A stretch of DNA of 49,700 nt, counting the filler, from Bipalium vagum (Eukaryota): assembly GCA_037834085.1 (NCBI GenBank). It is 3 parts of 3 records of this genome, joined end to end, with 100 filler letters (N's around TTAATTAATTAA, not from the genome) between each part and the next. Parts side by side here need not be neighbours in the genome. Positions count along the whole stretch, not along the records: positions 1 to 16,227 come from JBBMKC010121814.1; 2 more parts are not named here. One strand, 5' to 3'. Position 1 is the first letter of the stretch. Each line of letters starts with the position of its first letter. The notes beneath the pieces were generated by a model. The model worked only from the letters and a program-made list of their open reading frames with translations. It did no database searches and was not told the DNA's origin. Shown one piece after another: positions 1 to 10,367 of this stretch. The translations under genes and the position numbers were made by a program.

Positions 1-384
1 ATGTCTTGTCTTAAATCGTGATATCCAGGTCGATGAACATTTAAAATTCTCAATACATTTTTCTCTTGCGATATCATAAGCTTTTTGAATTAATAATTGT
101 CCAGTAATTGGAATGGATCTTGATCTATGTACTTGAAACCATGTTAGCAGTTCATTATCAATAATAACATATGGAGATGATCTTTTCTTTGTAAAATTCG
201 CCGGGCGTGATAAATGATCTGAAACAATATTGTCTTTCTTTAAGTTCCAAGTTGAGATATTTGACAATGGGATGTTTTCTCTTTTTGATATGAATACCAT
301 AGGTGTTCCACTTGATATTTCGTTTAATATTTTAATTTTCTTCTTTAAAGATATATTTTTTCTTGATTTCTTGTGAAATGTCAT
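1..384 (-). CDS. Tigger-like transposase N-terminus (psq HTH + CENP-B HTH), partial, open to the window edge
   Basis: Hand translation from the ATG at 384 gives 128 codons with no stop: MTFHKKSRKNISLKKKIKILNEISSG...IPLSNISTW...IDNELLTWFQVHRSRSIPITGQLLIQKA...FKCSSTWISRFKTRH, the typical CENP-B HTH signature. Absent from the ORF track. Confidence 0.85.
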   Translation of the reverse strand, partial: MTFHKKSRKNISLKKKIKILNEISSGTPMVFISKRENIPLSNISTWNLKKDNIVSDHLSRPANFTKKRSSPYVIIDNELLTWFQVHRSRSIPITGQLLIQKAYDIAREKCIENFKCSSTWISRFKTRH

Positions 385-760
385 TTTTTCTTATTTCTAA
401 AAAAATAGTTTAAAAATTATTATTCAAAATTATTAAATTCATTATCATTATTTAAAAAATTAATTAATTTAAATTACAAGTTTACTTATTAAATAACTAA
501 TGAATTATTCAAACAACTAATTTAGCATATTTTTCATAAACATTTTATAAATTTTATAGGGAGTATTTAATTTCTAAACAAAATTAAATAGTGAAATTAA
601 CTAAATTTTAAATAAAAAAATTTTTATGGTGACATTCATTTGTAAAACGCTATTTCTGACTTATAAACAACAGAAAATTGTTCGATGTATACGACAATTT
701 CGGCTATTTTTTAAAATTTGCTACGATGTAAGCCTAGTGCGATGTAACCGTTGTGCACTG
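1..760 (-). mobile_element. Tigger/pogo-family DNA transposon, 5' part (runs off the window start)
   Basis: The minus-strand end reads TA|CAGTGCACAACGGTTACATCGCA (TA at 761-762), a Tigger-type terminus, with subterminal CGATGTA repeats. It contains the transposase N-terminus listed next. Confidence 0.85.
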
Positions 761-1782
761 TAACTGGATTATTTTAAATTATATTACTATTGGTTTAACT
801 CTGGTTTGCTTATCAGAGTATGATTCCATTATCCAAAGACTGCAACCTCAACGTACATTTCTGATTCAATATTCAACAGTTTTACTTTTGGATGACACTT
901 TTACATTATCTAAAAATAATAATTTTCTATTTTCTCGAATCAATTCTTGATTTAGTTGCTGAAAATAATTTATAAATAATACAGATGTCACCCCTTCTTC
1001 TTTATTGCTCTTGAAGTTTTTGTTATGTATTATAAAAAAATATAATAATACCAAAATTACTAAAAATATTATTCATAATAAATAATTATTTATAATAATA
1101 ATAATTAATATTTATATTAATAATGAGCAAAGTACTACTAATAAATTATTATTAATACATTAGTAATTATAATATTATAGGAAATCATTGTTCGATTTAT
1201 TTTCTATCGAAGTTCAATTGACAATTTTTCATTTTTCATTTATTTACTAATCGAACAAATATTTTCTATTGAATATTTCATATTAAATTAATTTCGGTTT
1301 AATTTTATTAATTCAATTATTTATTTAAATATATCTATCGCTATGTTAATTTTATTAAAATTCAATTCATCGATTTTTTAAAATAAATTTATTATTGTAT
1401 ATATTTTCAGAATTATGTTTCATTTAAATAATTTTAATTTTATTGACTTAACGATTGAATTGTAAATGATTATTCAAAAATTATTTAATCTATTAATTTT
1501 TTTGAATTTCTTTATTAATTGATTTTCTAATGTATTTTATTTTTATTGATAAATAAACTTAATGATAATATTAATCTCGAATAATTTATAATTTAATTTA
1601 TTTGATTATTCATTAATATTAAATCAACTAATCTTACATATTTAATGATATCTGTTAAAAATCATTATTATGAACTATTTTATATTTTTGATGGGTTGAT
1701 GTCAAAAATATTGTTATATTTTATCGATTTTTTTTAAAAATATTGGTTTCTATTATTGGTAATTTGTGTAATTGTGTTCCAG

Positions 1783-1872
1783 CGAGCCGTCGTGTTACCC
1801 AATATGGATGATATCGCAGTCCCTCTCCTGCTCAACGGCAGTCCGGAAAATTATAATCAGAACTTTCTGTGA
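1783..1872 (+). other. Candidate orphan exon in a GC-rich island (possible terminal coding exon of an upstream gene)
   Basis: Acceptor ttgtgttccAG at 1781-1782, then RAVVLPNMDDIAVPLLLNGSPENYNQNFL*. No homology recognised, and a minus-strand first exon is an alternative reading. Confidence 0.3.
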
Positions 1873-4814
1873 AGCAAACTCTCCCATCATCATCATCTCG
1901 TTGTCGTCGTTTTTGTCGTCTTCGTTGGGGTTGACTGTGATTTTTTGTTTTTTGGTGGTGATTCAATTGTTCTTTTTCTCGCTTCAATTTTATAAATTTC
2001 GTGCAAACAAAACCAAAAAAACAATGCGTCCGCCGTCCATAATCGTCGTTGCCATAACAACCGCTTTACTTCAATCAGACTGGTTATTATCAGAATTCTG
2101 TTTTGTTCAATAATGATCAAAATCATTATAATAATCAATAATTATAATGAATATCATAATAGAAATCAATTTTAATAACTAAAAAAATTCAATAATAGTG
2201 AGTTTACAAATAAAAGTAATACTTAACATCGATTATTGTTTTGTGCAATTTTTCCGTGTCATTGCTAAATTTTTAAAAACCGCGTGTTTTTCTTTTTTTT
2301 ATTTTCATCGCCGATTTATAATTTTTGTATCTCGATTTCGTTGTTTTTCATTTTGAACAATTGGTTTGTGTGTGTGTACAGTAGTAAACACATGTCAAAA
2401 ATCAATAATTAAAGTTGTGTGTAGAGAGGGAGGACGTTTGAAACTTGATGGTGCTTTAAGTGTGCCATGTCAAATTTGATTGGTTGATGTTTTTACACGA
2501 TAAAAAATTTAAAATTTGACGTTATTGTTATTGGAAAACGATATTTTCTGAAAAAAATCGACTTAAATCGATAATGGTCATTGTGTGATAATAAAAGAAT
2601 TTGAGAGAGCAACGACCACACAAAATTCAAATCTGAGAAACAAAAAAAATCATGCAAGGAAATCCGATGAGAACGTGGTAACTCATTATAATATTATATG
2701 TGAGAAATTTTATTTTTTTAAAGTATTATATTAATTATCAATTATTGATTTTAGAATATTTTGGTGATTTTTCTAAAATGTATTTTTCCCTGTTATAATT
2801 AAAAAGCAATTCCGTTATTGATTGTAGAAAGAAAAAATAACAATTGATTGGTTGAGACTGATCTTATGTAATCACCGGTTTTGAATTTGTGATAAAATCA
2901 ATAATTTTTTCTTTTCAGATTAAAATGGAAATCAATTCTTGTTTTATAAAATTATCGATTTTTAGACACATTGAAGCAAGAAAAATTGTCTTGCGGAAAT
3001 TTAGAATTTTTCTAAAAATAATATTTTTTGTTCGTCTTTTTTTCGCAAAGTACGAGATGAGAAATGTTTAAAATAGAAATAAATTGTTCAATGATTTTTC
3101 TTCGTTTGATGGGAGGTTCTTGATTTTTTATGGAAATTTACAGTTAATTGAATCAACAACAGACAATTTGAGTTGGGTTTAAAAATTGGTCAATTATTTC
3201 TTTTTGAAAACTGCACATAGAATAATTTCGACAATAAATTTAATCAATTGACATGTGAAAATCGTTTAAAATAAGTGTCTTAATATTAATTATGAACACA
3301 TTTTAAAAGATTTAATGGGGTTGAATTTTTAATTTCAGCATATTCCAAAAGAAAACAAAATCCAAAGTATTTGTATGAAACTTGTCATTGACCACAAGTA
3401 ATGACTGGTTAAAATATTCAAGATTTCTTTGTTTAGTTGAATACTGATGTTTGTTTACATAATGGGCGGATAATGTATTAATGGTAAGGCAGGACTTTAA
3501 TTCATAAATTAATCTTTGGTGTATATATTTAAAATTCGATTAATCAGAAGATTTTAATGAAAAGCAAAGTATGTAATAGTCAATACACATGCAATTTTTC
3601 TTAATTAGAGATGTGTAGATAGTTCGTAGGATAGGACTACTGAGAAAAATAGTTTCCCGGTAGAAATAACTGAACGCAGTACGGATACATTACTTAACAT
3701 TATTAGTAAACATGTCAAACCAGATTCTATCATCCACGTGGATATTTAGAAAGATACTTTCAAACATGAATATAAGCACCTAATTATAAACCATTCAAAA
3801 ATCCTCTAATATATTTGTTCGTCTAAATCAAATGTACAATTATGAAACCTTATTTATGTTAAATAAGTTAAAAATGACTGCACAAAAAATGAGTTGTTAG
3901 AGGTATTCCCAAAAATTTTAAAATAAACAAAGATTTTGTAGATATTTTTCACGATCACACTGATACGAATTTGACAACGATTTACAGGGTTTTCGGTTCA
4001 ATTTAATAATCATTGTTTTAATTTTGAAAAGACAGGTAAAGATGTTTATTTTAAGTTTCTCTAATTCTCAGAATTTAATCAACAGAGAGCTTAACTCTAT
4101 AAGGGTTTTTGTGTGTTCGATAATAAAAAGGAAACTAACAAAAATTAAGATCATATTTAATATAAAAAAGTATTCAAATCCCATTACTATTTTCACTTTT
4201 AGGAAATACCCAAAATGAGTTTATTCGCTAAATTTAAGAAAGGATGAAAATCAGTTCAACTGCTAAGTTTTTAAAATATATATATATATATTAATTACAA
4301 ATTCATGGAGACCAAAGATTTTCCGTATAGTTATAATAAACTATTAGGCTTAAGAATTTTTAAAGGGTTATTTTATGATTTTCTCCTGGGTATTTTTAAT
4401 ATTTTTACTACGATATTTTAGAGTGCCTCACTCTAATTTTGTCAATTAAGTCGTTATGTTTTGAATGACGTAATTTATACATTATAAATATATATTATAC
4501 ATTTTCCATCCTCCAGACATCCAGCTTAGAACTTTCAATTCGATATGATCCAAGTACATTATTTTATTTATTATTATTTTTATCAATGATTTTTAATATT
4601 TATATTAGTAAAAAAGAATTAAATTAATGAAAATATCAACTATCACTAAAATCTATTGTTTTAACCAAAATAAATTATCACATAAATTTTCATTTTTCTA
4701 TTTTTTTATAATTTTGTCAGATTTTTTTGTTATGGAGAAAATTTTATGAAAAAAATTTATCTTAATGATTTTAATTCAAACACAAACACACAGAGAGAGA
4801 TAAAAGATTCCATT

Positions 4815-4820
4815 TTTATT
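4815..4820 (-). terminator. Candidate polyadenylation signal (AATAAA) of the IAP gene
   Basis: AATAAA on the minus strand 36 nt after the stop codon; weak evidence in such AT-rich DNA. Confidence 0.4.
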
Positions 4821-4856
4821 ATAACACGGGAATTTAATGATATTTCCACAAAATTT

Positions 4857-5041
4857 TCAATTTTCCGAAGCATTAAATTTGAAATTTCTCACTCGCTTCT
4901 GGATGCTTTCCCGACAAATCGGGCAGTTTTTTACAAGGTAGCCACAGACCGAACAAGTTTTCAAATGACCACATGGGAGAAAGATCATTTCGACTGGATT
5001 TTCAATGCAGACCACACACACGAAATCAAGATAAAACAAAT
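4857..5041 (-). CDS. IAP exon 7 (C-terminal RING finger)
   Basis: Follows a 52-nt intron; IAP-type C3HC4 RING ending at TGA. Confidence 0.9.
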
Positions 5042-5308
5042 CTGAATAACAAGTCTCCGTGAACAAGAAAACTAAAACAAATATATCCATTACTGTTTTC
5101 CTCGACTGATGATTTTTGGCGATTTACTTTTTTCATGTTCTTCAATGCGAGAAGCAATTCAAACAACGATTCAAAACCTTTTCCTTTCTTTGTCAGTTGA
5201 TTCTGATAAAGCACTCTTAAGTCCTCTGGATCAATGTCTGGTAGCTTTAATGTCATGAAAAATATTTATGATCATAGCAATAATAATAATTAATTAATTA
5301 ATTAAAAT

Positions 5309-5354
<46 letters not shown>

Positions 5355-8300
5355 CTAATTTTATTGTTTTCCGGTGGAAATAAATTCTTTAAAATTATCT
5401 GTCCAATGAAATTCGGATATAACGAAAAAACTGTCAAAACCAACAAAGGTGAAATGAAAATTACTTGAGAGACCAATCGTGAATCCAGCCGATCGTTCAA
5501 TTCTTGCTCGGTAAAGGAATATTCGACCTTGCAGTAATTGATCCTTTGCGAAGAACTTTCTGCCATACTGTCAATCCTTCTGAACTTACAATTTTCTGTG
5601 TGCCATACACAGTTATCCAAATTTTCGGCATTGTCCAAAATCGGCACTATCTTTTCGCAAGATGTACATCTCATTAATGAAACACCATCTAATATCGATT
5701 TTAGTTTATTTATTGTTCAGATTATACAATTGTAACGATTTTTCAATTACGTTTAAGCCTGACCTTTTGTAAAAACATACAATCCTTGAAATGCAAAATG
5801 TTCCAGATGGGGAAAATTGGCAAAACTTTTCTCCCGACTATCAAAACCCAATTTTTCTATTTTCTCAGTCACTTCGTCCAATGCTTCCGAATGATGACTG
5901 ACGGTGATGAAATTGACAAATGTAAATGGCTCCGTCACATTTGGACTAACGAAAAGATGATGTTTCATTAAAACTTATTAAGTGGTATACTAACTCTTGA
6001 TTGGGGTTTCCGCAGGGCTCACTCTCCAGCGGCTCATTTCCTGTGAAAATTGGTTTCCGGTCAATATCTTGGAAATGGTGATTAATCGGTGACAGAAATA
6101 TTATCTATTACGACAGAACCTCCCACAAAGATTTCATGAAGGGTGTTGAGTTATATTCTAATCATATAAATCAATTAACGCCTACGGACACTTCAGATTT
6201 AAAATTGGATCGGTAAAGAGCTCAGGTCATAAATAATCAATCAAATTACTCCAATATTATAATTAATATAATAATTATAATTAATAATATAATATTACCC
6301 AGAAATAAATAACGATAGAAAAGGTTGTTATTAAGATCATGCCAGGCGCAACATCTTTTCCCCGTCCTGGGCAGTTGTGCATTTCAAAAGGGAAAATGAA
6401 AAATGTCATTCCTATAAAAAAGTCAGATCAGCTAAAAATTTTTCCTTAATTTTTCTGTGACATGGTCTGAAATCGATCAGTTCAAAATGTATAACAACTT
6501 CTTTCTTAACAACTCACTGACAAAAATAAAGACTTTACAAATTTGAATAACCGTTTCTATTGAAAAAATTTTTTTCAAATTTTGTTTTAATTAAAACAAA
6601 TTATGAAAAATAAAATAAACTTGCTCTTTTTATTCAAACAAAATACAACACAGGCTCAGGTAGGTGAGAGTTTGGAACGTACAACTAATGATTACAAGAT
6701 AACCATTAGATATTAGTATTTCCATTAGAGAAATATAATAATTAATAATAATAAAATTATAAAAAATAATTTTTTTTAAAAAATAAATAAAATAATAATA
6801 ATAATAATTTCTAATATCGAATCAATTTAAATTAACGTTAACGTTTCGATAATTTTTTTGTAATAGAAAAATTTAAAATAAATTAATTGATAAAAAAAAT
6901 CTTTGACCTGTGCCTGACCTCTGTCATTAAATTTTTGCGTTCAACATTCTGCGATCACTCATTTTCTCCGTGATTTTGATTTCTGGGCCAGATTAAGTGA
7001 ATTTCGATTGATTTTTTGAAATGGACTTTTTTTAATTAACTAAATATGCAATCAATTTTTGTGATATTTTCACCACTTTTTCGGGATTTAAAATTTTAAT
7101 CAATATCAGGACCCATTTTCACATATATAAACATACATAGGTGTATATATGACCAATCCATACTTGAAATGTTTCAATTCAAAATAGAAAAATGATAAAA
7201 GTAATAATCTAAGTAGGAAAAATTTTATACACACTAAAATATTAAGAATACAATATCATAACACTTTGAAATTAAAAAAAAATCAATATTAAGTTGAAAA
7301 ATTTGTTATTTATTCAATAACAATTATAAAATAACGATTATTACAATTTATTGATTTTTGATTTCTAATTAATGCAAAAATTACCAAATAAATAATTAAT
7401 TTGTATTAATAATAATAAATAAATCATAGGAAGAATAATTAATATATTAAAATATAATTTATAAAATCAAGAAAAAATTTTAAAAATTCATATTGATAAA
7501 ATACGGTTATTTTCGATTTTAAAAAATCTCCTTAAGGTAAATTATTGATAAATAAGCAACACTTAAATATAAATCAAAATTTAATGAATTATAATTTTAA
7601 AAATTAAAATAATTAAGAGAAAAATTGATTAATCATCGATTTTTGTTTGTTTAATCTATGAATTAATTTCCAGTTTTATTTTTTGTCACCAAAATTGTCC
7701 ATTTCTACACAAAATTCATTTTCATTCGCACATTTCCTTTCTTTACAACTAACAGTATGATCCAGCACTTTGCTTGTTCAACTTTCTCAGGAATCCTCAT
7801 TAATTCGAGTTTTTGAGGTGACAATGTTCACTCCCATGGACAGATGATCACATCCATGACATTTAAATTTAAAAACAATATCAACTTGCATTGATTGTCT
7901 CCAGAAAATATAAAATATTAATGAAAAAAAATTATTAAAACAGGCTCTGGTTAATTGCAAATGATAACATTGACATCTGCTTCTGCGTTCTTATATTGAG
8001 CTATGGCTACTTTCTTGAATAGATAATGTGAAATAGAAATCAATAGAGGTATTAACATTGATCTTAATATTATTTTTATGAGACCTTTGAAGACAAAAAA
8101 ATTGAAAATTGATTGAAAAAATGATCATTACAATGAAAAAAGTTCCGTAAAACTAACCCACGTTAAGATCAAGTATAAACGGGCAAGTTGGGTAACTGAA
8201 TTTATGTCTTTTGTTCGGTATATCGTTCCATTTCCAATCGGAAATCACTCCTTGACAATATATACATCGAACTTGGTCAGGACGAAGGAGATTCTATAAA

Positions 8301-9520
8301 CGAGAATATAAAATAAACCGACAATTAAACTAAAACCTAACAACAAATCACAATCACTTTAATTATTGATTTTTAAACTCTGAGTTTTGATTGGACTAAA
8401 TTTTTTTTAGATTTTCTCAGAAATGTACACTGGTGTTGTTCAGTTGGCAAAACAAATTCTGTATCTTTTCCTTTTGATACTTTGTTTTAGTGACCATAGT
8501 CCATTTTTTTTGGTCAATTGAAGAAAAAATTATGTAAATAACCATTTTTTTTTACTATTTTTAAGTCTTGTGAAAGAGTGGAACACGATAAAACGAGGAT
8601 GTTCTGAAGTCTTAACCAAGAATGTTAGAAAATTTTCAAAAAAAAGTCAAATTTTAAATAAAAAGAATCGGATAGAAAATCATGAATTCCAAACGAATGT
8701 GATGAACACTTATATTGATTACTATTTTAATGTTTTGCAGTGATCAGTGATCACAAACAACCAATAGTGAAAAAAATGTCTGTATCAATAGATAGCACGC
8801 TCTATAACAATAGATTTAGTCTCAACTGAATTTTGAGTCATTCCATAGTGTTATTTAGCTGTAAAAGTTGAAATACGATGCCGATGTTCGACTGGCATCA
8901 ACAACAGAAAATTTTGTTGACTGAATTTTTATTTTTTAAAAAGATTTCGATTAAGAAAGAAATTAAGATTTAATGTTGTAAGGAGTGCAAGGCCATGGAG
9001 TTTTTTTAATTTTGGCAAAAACCGCGCTTCCCTTTTGGCTATCATAATATTTTATTCGTCTCCATTTCGTAATTTAATCAATTTAATATTGATTCATTTG
9101 ATATTGGTTTATTTAATGTTGATTTATTTATTATTGATTTATTTATTATTGAAATTTTATAATTATTAAATCAATTTTCTTGGAATTTTAATTTTTATAT
9201 TTTTGCACGTAAAAATTGTTCTTATCACAAGATTATCGGCAACATACTTTGTCATGGAAGAATCCGGATTTTGCAATTACAAATATTAGGTTCACATTGA
9301 TTATTGACAAAGATTGTAATGATAATAATCTTTCGGACTCTTTTCGGTATTTTTCATCATATACTTTCATTTTCCGATAGTCGATGGTTCGTCTGATGAA
9401 GTTACTGGGACTGGCAAAAATCCTGTTATAGTGCACGATGTAACTGGTTATTGGTGATTGAATGACGATGGGATTTTTTGATGACATTATATAAACTTTC
9501 TGATCTTTTGTTTTCTCCAT
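4857..9520 (-). CDS. Inhibitor of apoptosis protein (BIR - divergent BIR - UBA-like - RING), 7 exons, about 398 aa
   Basis: complement(join(4857..5041,5094..5244,5465..5688,5764..5945,5995..6040,8158..8293,9248..9520)). All introns are GT-AG with consistent phases (0,1,2,1,0,1 in transcript order); total 1197 nt. BIR1 ERLLSL..IAKSGFF..DQVRCIYC-x16-H-x6-CPF..VGNEP; BIR2 REKSFANFP..FAFQGLY..CTSC..H..C; UBA-like RLDSRLVSQLPDIDPEDLRVLYQNQLTKKGKGFESLFELLLAL; RING CVVC..IFLPCGHLKTCSVC..CPICR. Confidence 0.9.
5094..5244 (-). CDS. IAP exon 6 (UBA-like segment)
   Basis: taaAG|LPDIDPEDLRVLYQNQL...EEN|GTaatg; this acceptor is the least certain junction. Confidence 0.7.
5309..5352. repeat. (AAT)n microsatellite in IAP intron 5
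   Basis: Seen directly; it produces the poly-Ile tail of ORF 5294..5674. Confidence 0.9.
5465..5688 (-). CDS. IAP exon 5 (second half of BIR2, start of UBA-like segment)
   Basis: Follows a 75-nt intron; DGVSLMRCTSC...WHTENCKF...RLDSRLVSQ|GTaatt. Confidence 0.8.
5764..5945 (-). CDS. IAP exon 4 (first half of BIR2)
   Basis: Follows a 49-nt intron; PNVTEPF...REKSFANFPHLEHFAFQGLYVFTK|GTcagg. Confidence 0.8.
5995..6040 (-). CDS. IAP exon 3 (46 nt linker)
   Basis: ttttcacAG|(G)NEPLESEPCGNPNQ(D)|GTtagt; completes the post-BIR GN-x-P motif and the phases fit both neighbours. Confidence 0.75.
6904..6920 (-). promoter_or_regulatory. Perfect DR5 nuclear-receptor-type element (AGGTCA-ggcac-AGGTCA) in IAP intron 2
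   Basis: Plus strand TGACCTgtgccTGACCT; function not shown. Confidence 0.3.
8158..8293 (-). CDS. IAP exon 2 (second half of BIR1)
   Basis: tttatAG|NLLRPDQVRCIYCQGVISDWKWNDIPNKRHKFSYPTCPFILDLNV(G)|GTtagt; exact CX2CX16HX6C BIR motif. Confidence 0.92.
9248..9520 (-). CDS. IAP exon 1 (N-terminus and first half of BIR1)
   Basis: ATG at 9520; ends YRKESERLLSL...IAKSGFFHDK with donor gtatgt at 9247, phase 0. Confidence 0.8.
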
Positions 9521-10150
9521 TTTACGTTGATTTGTTTCTTTTATTCTAGATAATCATTTAAATTAAGAGAACCGGTTGACATGCTGAGACATTGTGAAGT
9601 TCTAATATCACACATGTAATTGAACGATTACTATGACATTTAACAAAAATCTTAATGTTTTTCCCATTAATTTAAATACTTAAAAACTTAGTTCAATAAT
9701 ATTTTAAAAACTTACACCGATACAGGTTTCCTTTTTGATTGAAATAAACAATTAATAATAATTTATCAAAACTCTTTGTCATTACTTTCATTTAAAAGGG
9801 ACAAAGTTGTAAAATTTTGTTTTTTTTTGCATAAAACTAAATGTAATAAAACGGTAAAAAATTATTGATTTTTAAATATTTTTGTTAGGAAAAGCTAACA
9901 TAATTGATAACAAATCAATCAACAAAACTGAATGAAAATAACCAATAGACAAGAGGAAATTTAAAAAATAATGATCCATAGTAATATTGTAGTAATAAAT
10001 GGTGACAATCTAATCAAAAACTTTAGATTAATAAAAAAAGCTAATAAATGCCTTCAAATTTATTTTTTTTAAGTATTATGTACATATTTACTATTTATTA
10101 AGTCTTTATGTTCCAAAAGGAATTTTAATTATAATATCACCCTGTTTATC

Positions 10151-10367
10151 AGTTAATATTGAATAATGTTTCATTGAAAGGATCAATATCGTGTTGTGAT
10201 AACAGGTACAAAGTTATTTTGTGACCTAAATTAACAATACAAATAATTAACCAAAGAACATTTTTAAATTAACATGTGAGTTAGTTCTTCTTTACTACAC
10301 ATTGAAAAGACGTCAGAGTTTTAAAAATTATCTATTCAAACAAAGCATAATTACGTAACACGTAACT
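10151..10367 (-). repeat. Candidate 3' LTR (about 217 nt, AGTTA...TAACT ends)
   Basis: Starts AGTTACGTGTTA as does the truncated 5' copy at 12884. The distal end is inferred from the inverted TAACT at 10151-10155; no clean target-site duplication. Confidence 0.5.

Noticed and set aside
1772-2138. ORFs 1772..2113 (+) and 1893..2138 (-) as standalone proteins
   Set aside because: Low-complexity translation of simple repeats, with no recognisable domain.
4746-5971. Plus-strand ORFs 4746..5045, 5538..5735 and 5786..5971
   Set aside because: Antisense shadows of IAP exons.
6298-6411. Extra IAP exon MTFFIFPFEMHNCPGRG... in intron 2
   Set aside because: Its exit phase does not fit exon 3, and exon 2 already joins exon 3 to form the conserved VGNEP motif.
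9577-9596. p53-like site upstream of the IAP (TGACATGCTG AGACATTGTG)
   Set aside because: The second half-site lacks the core G and there are too many mismatches.
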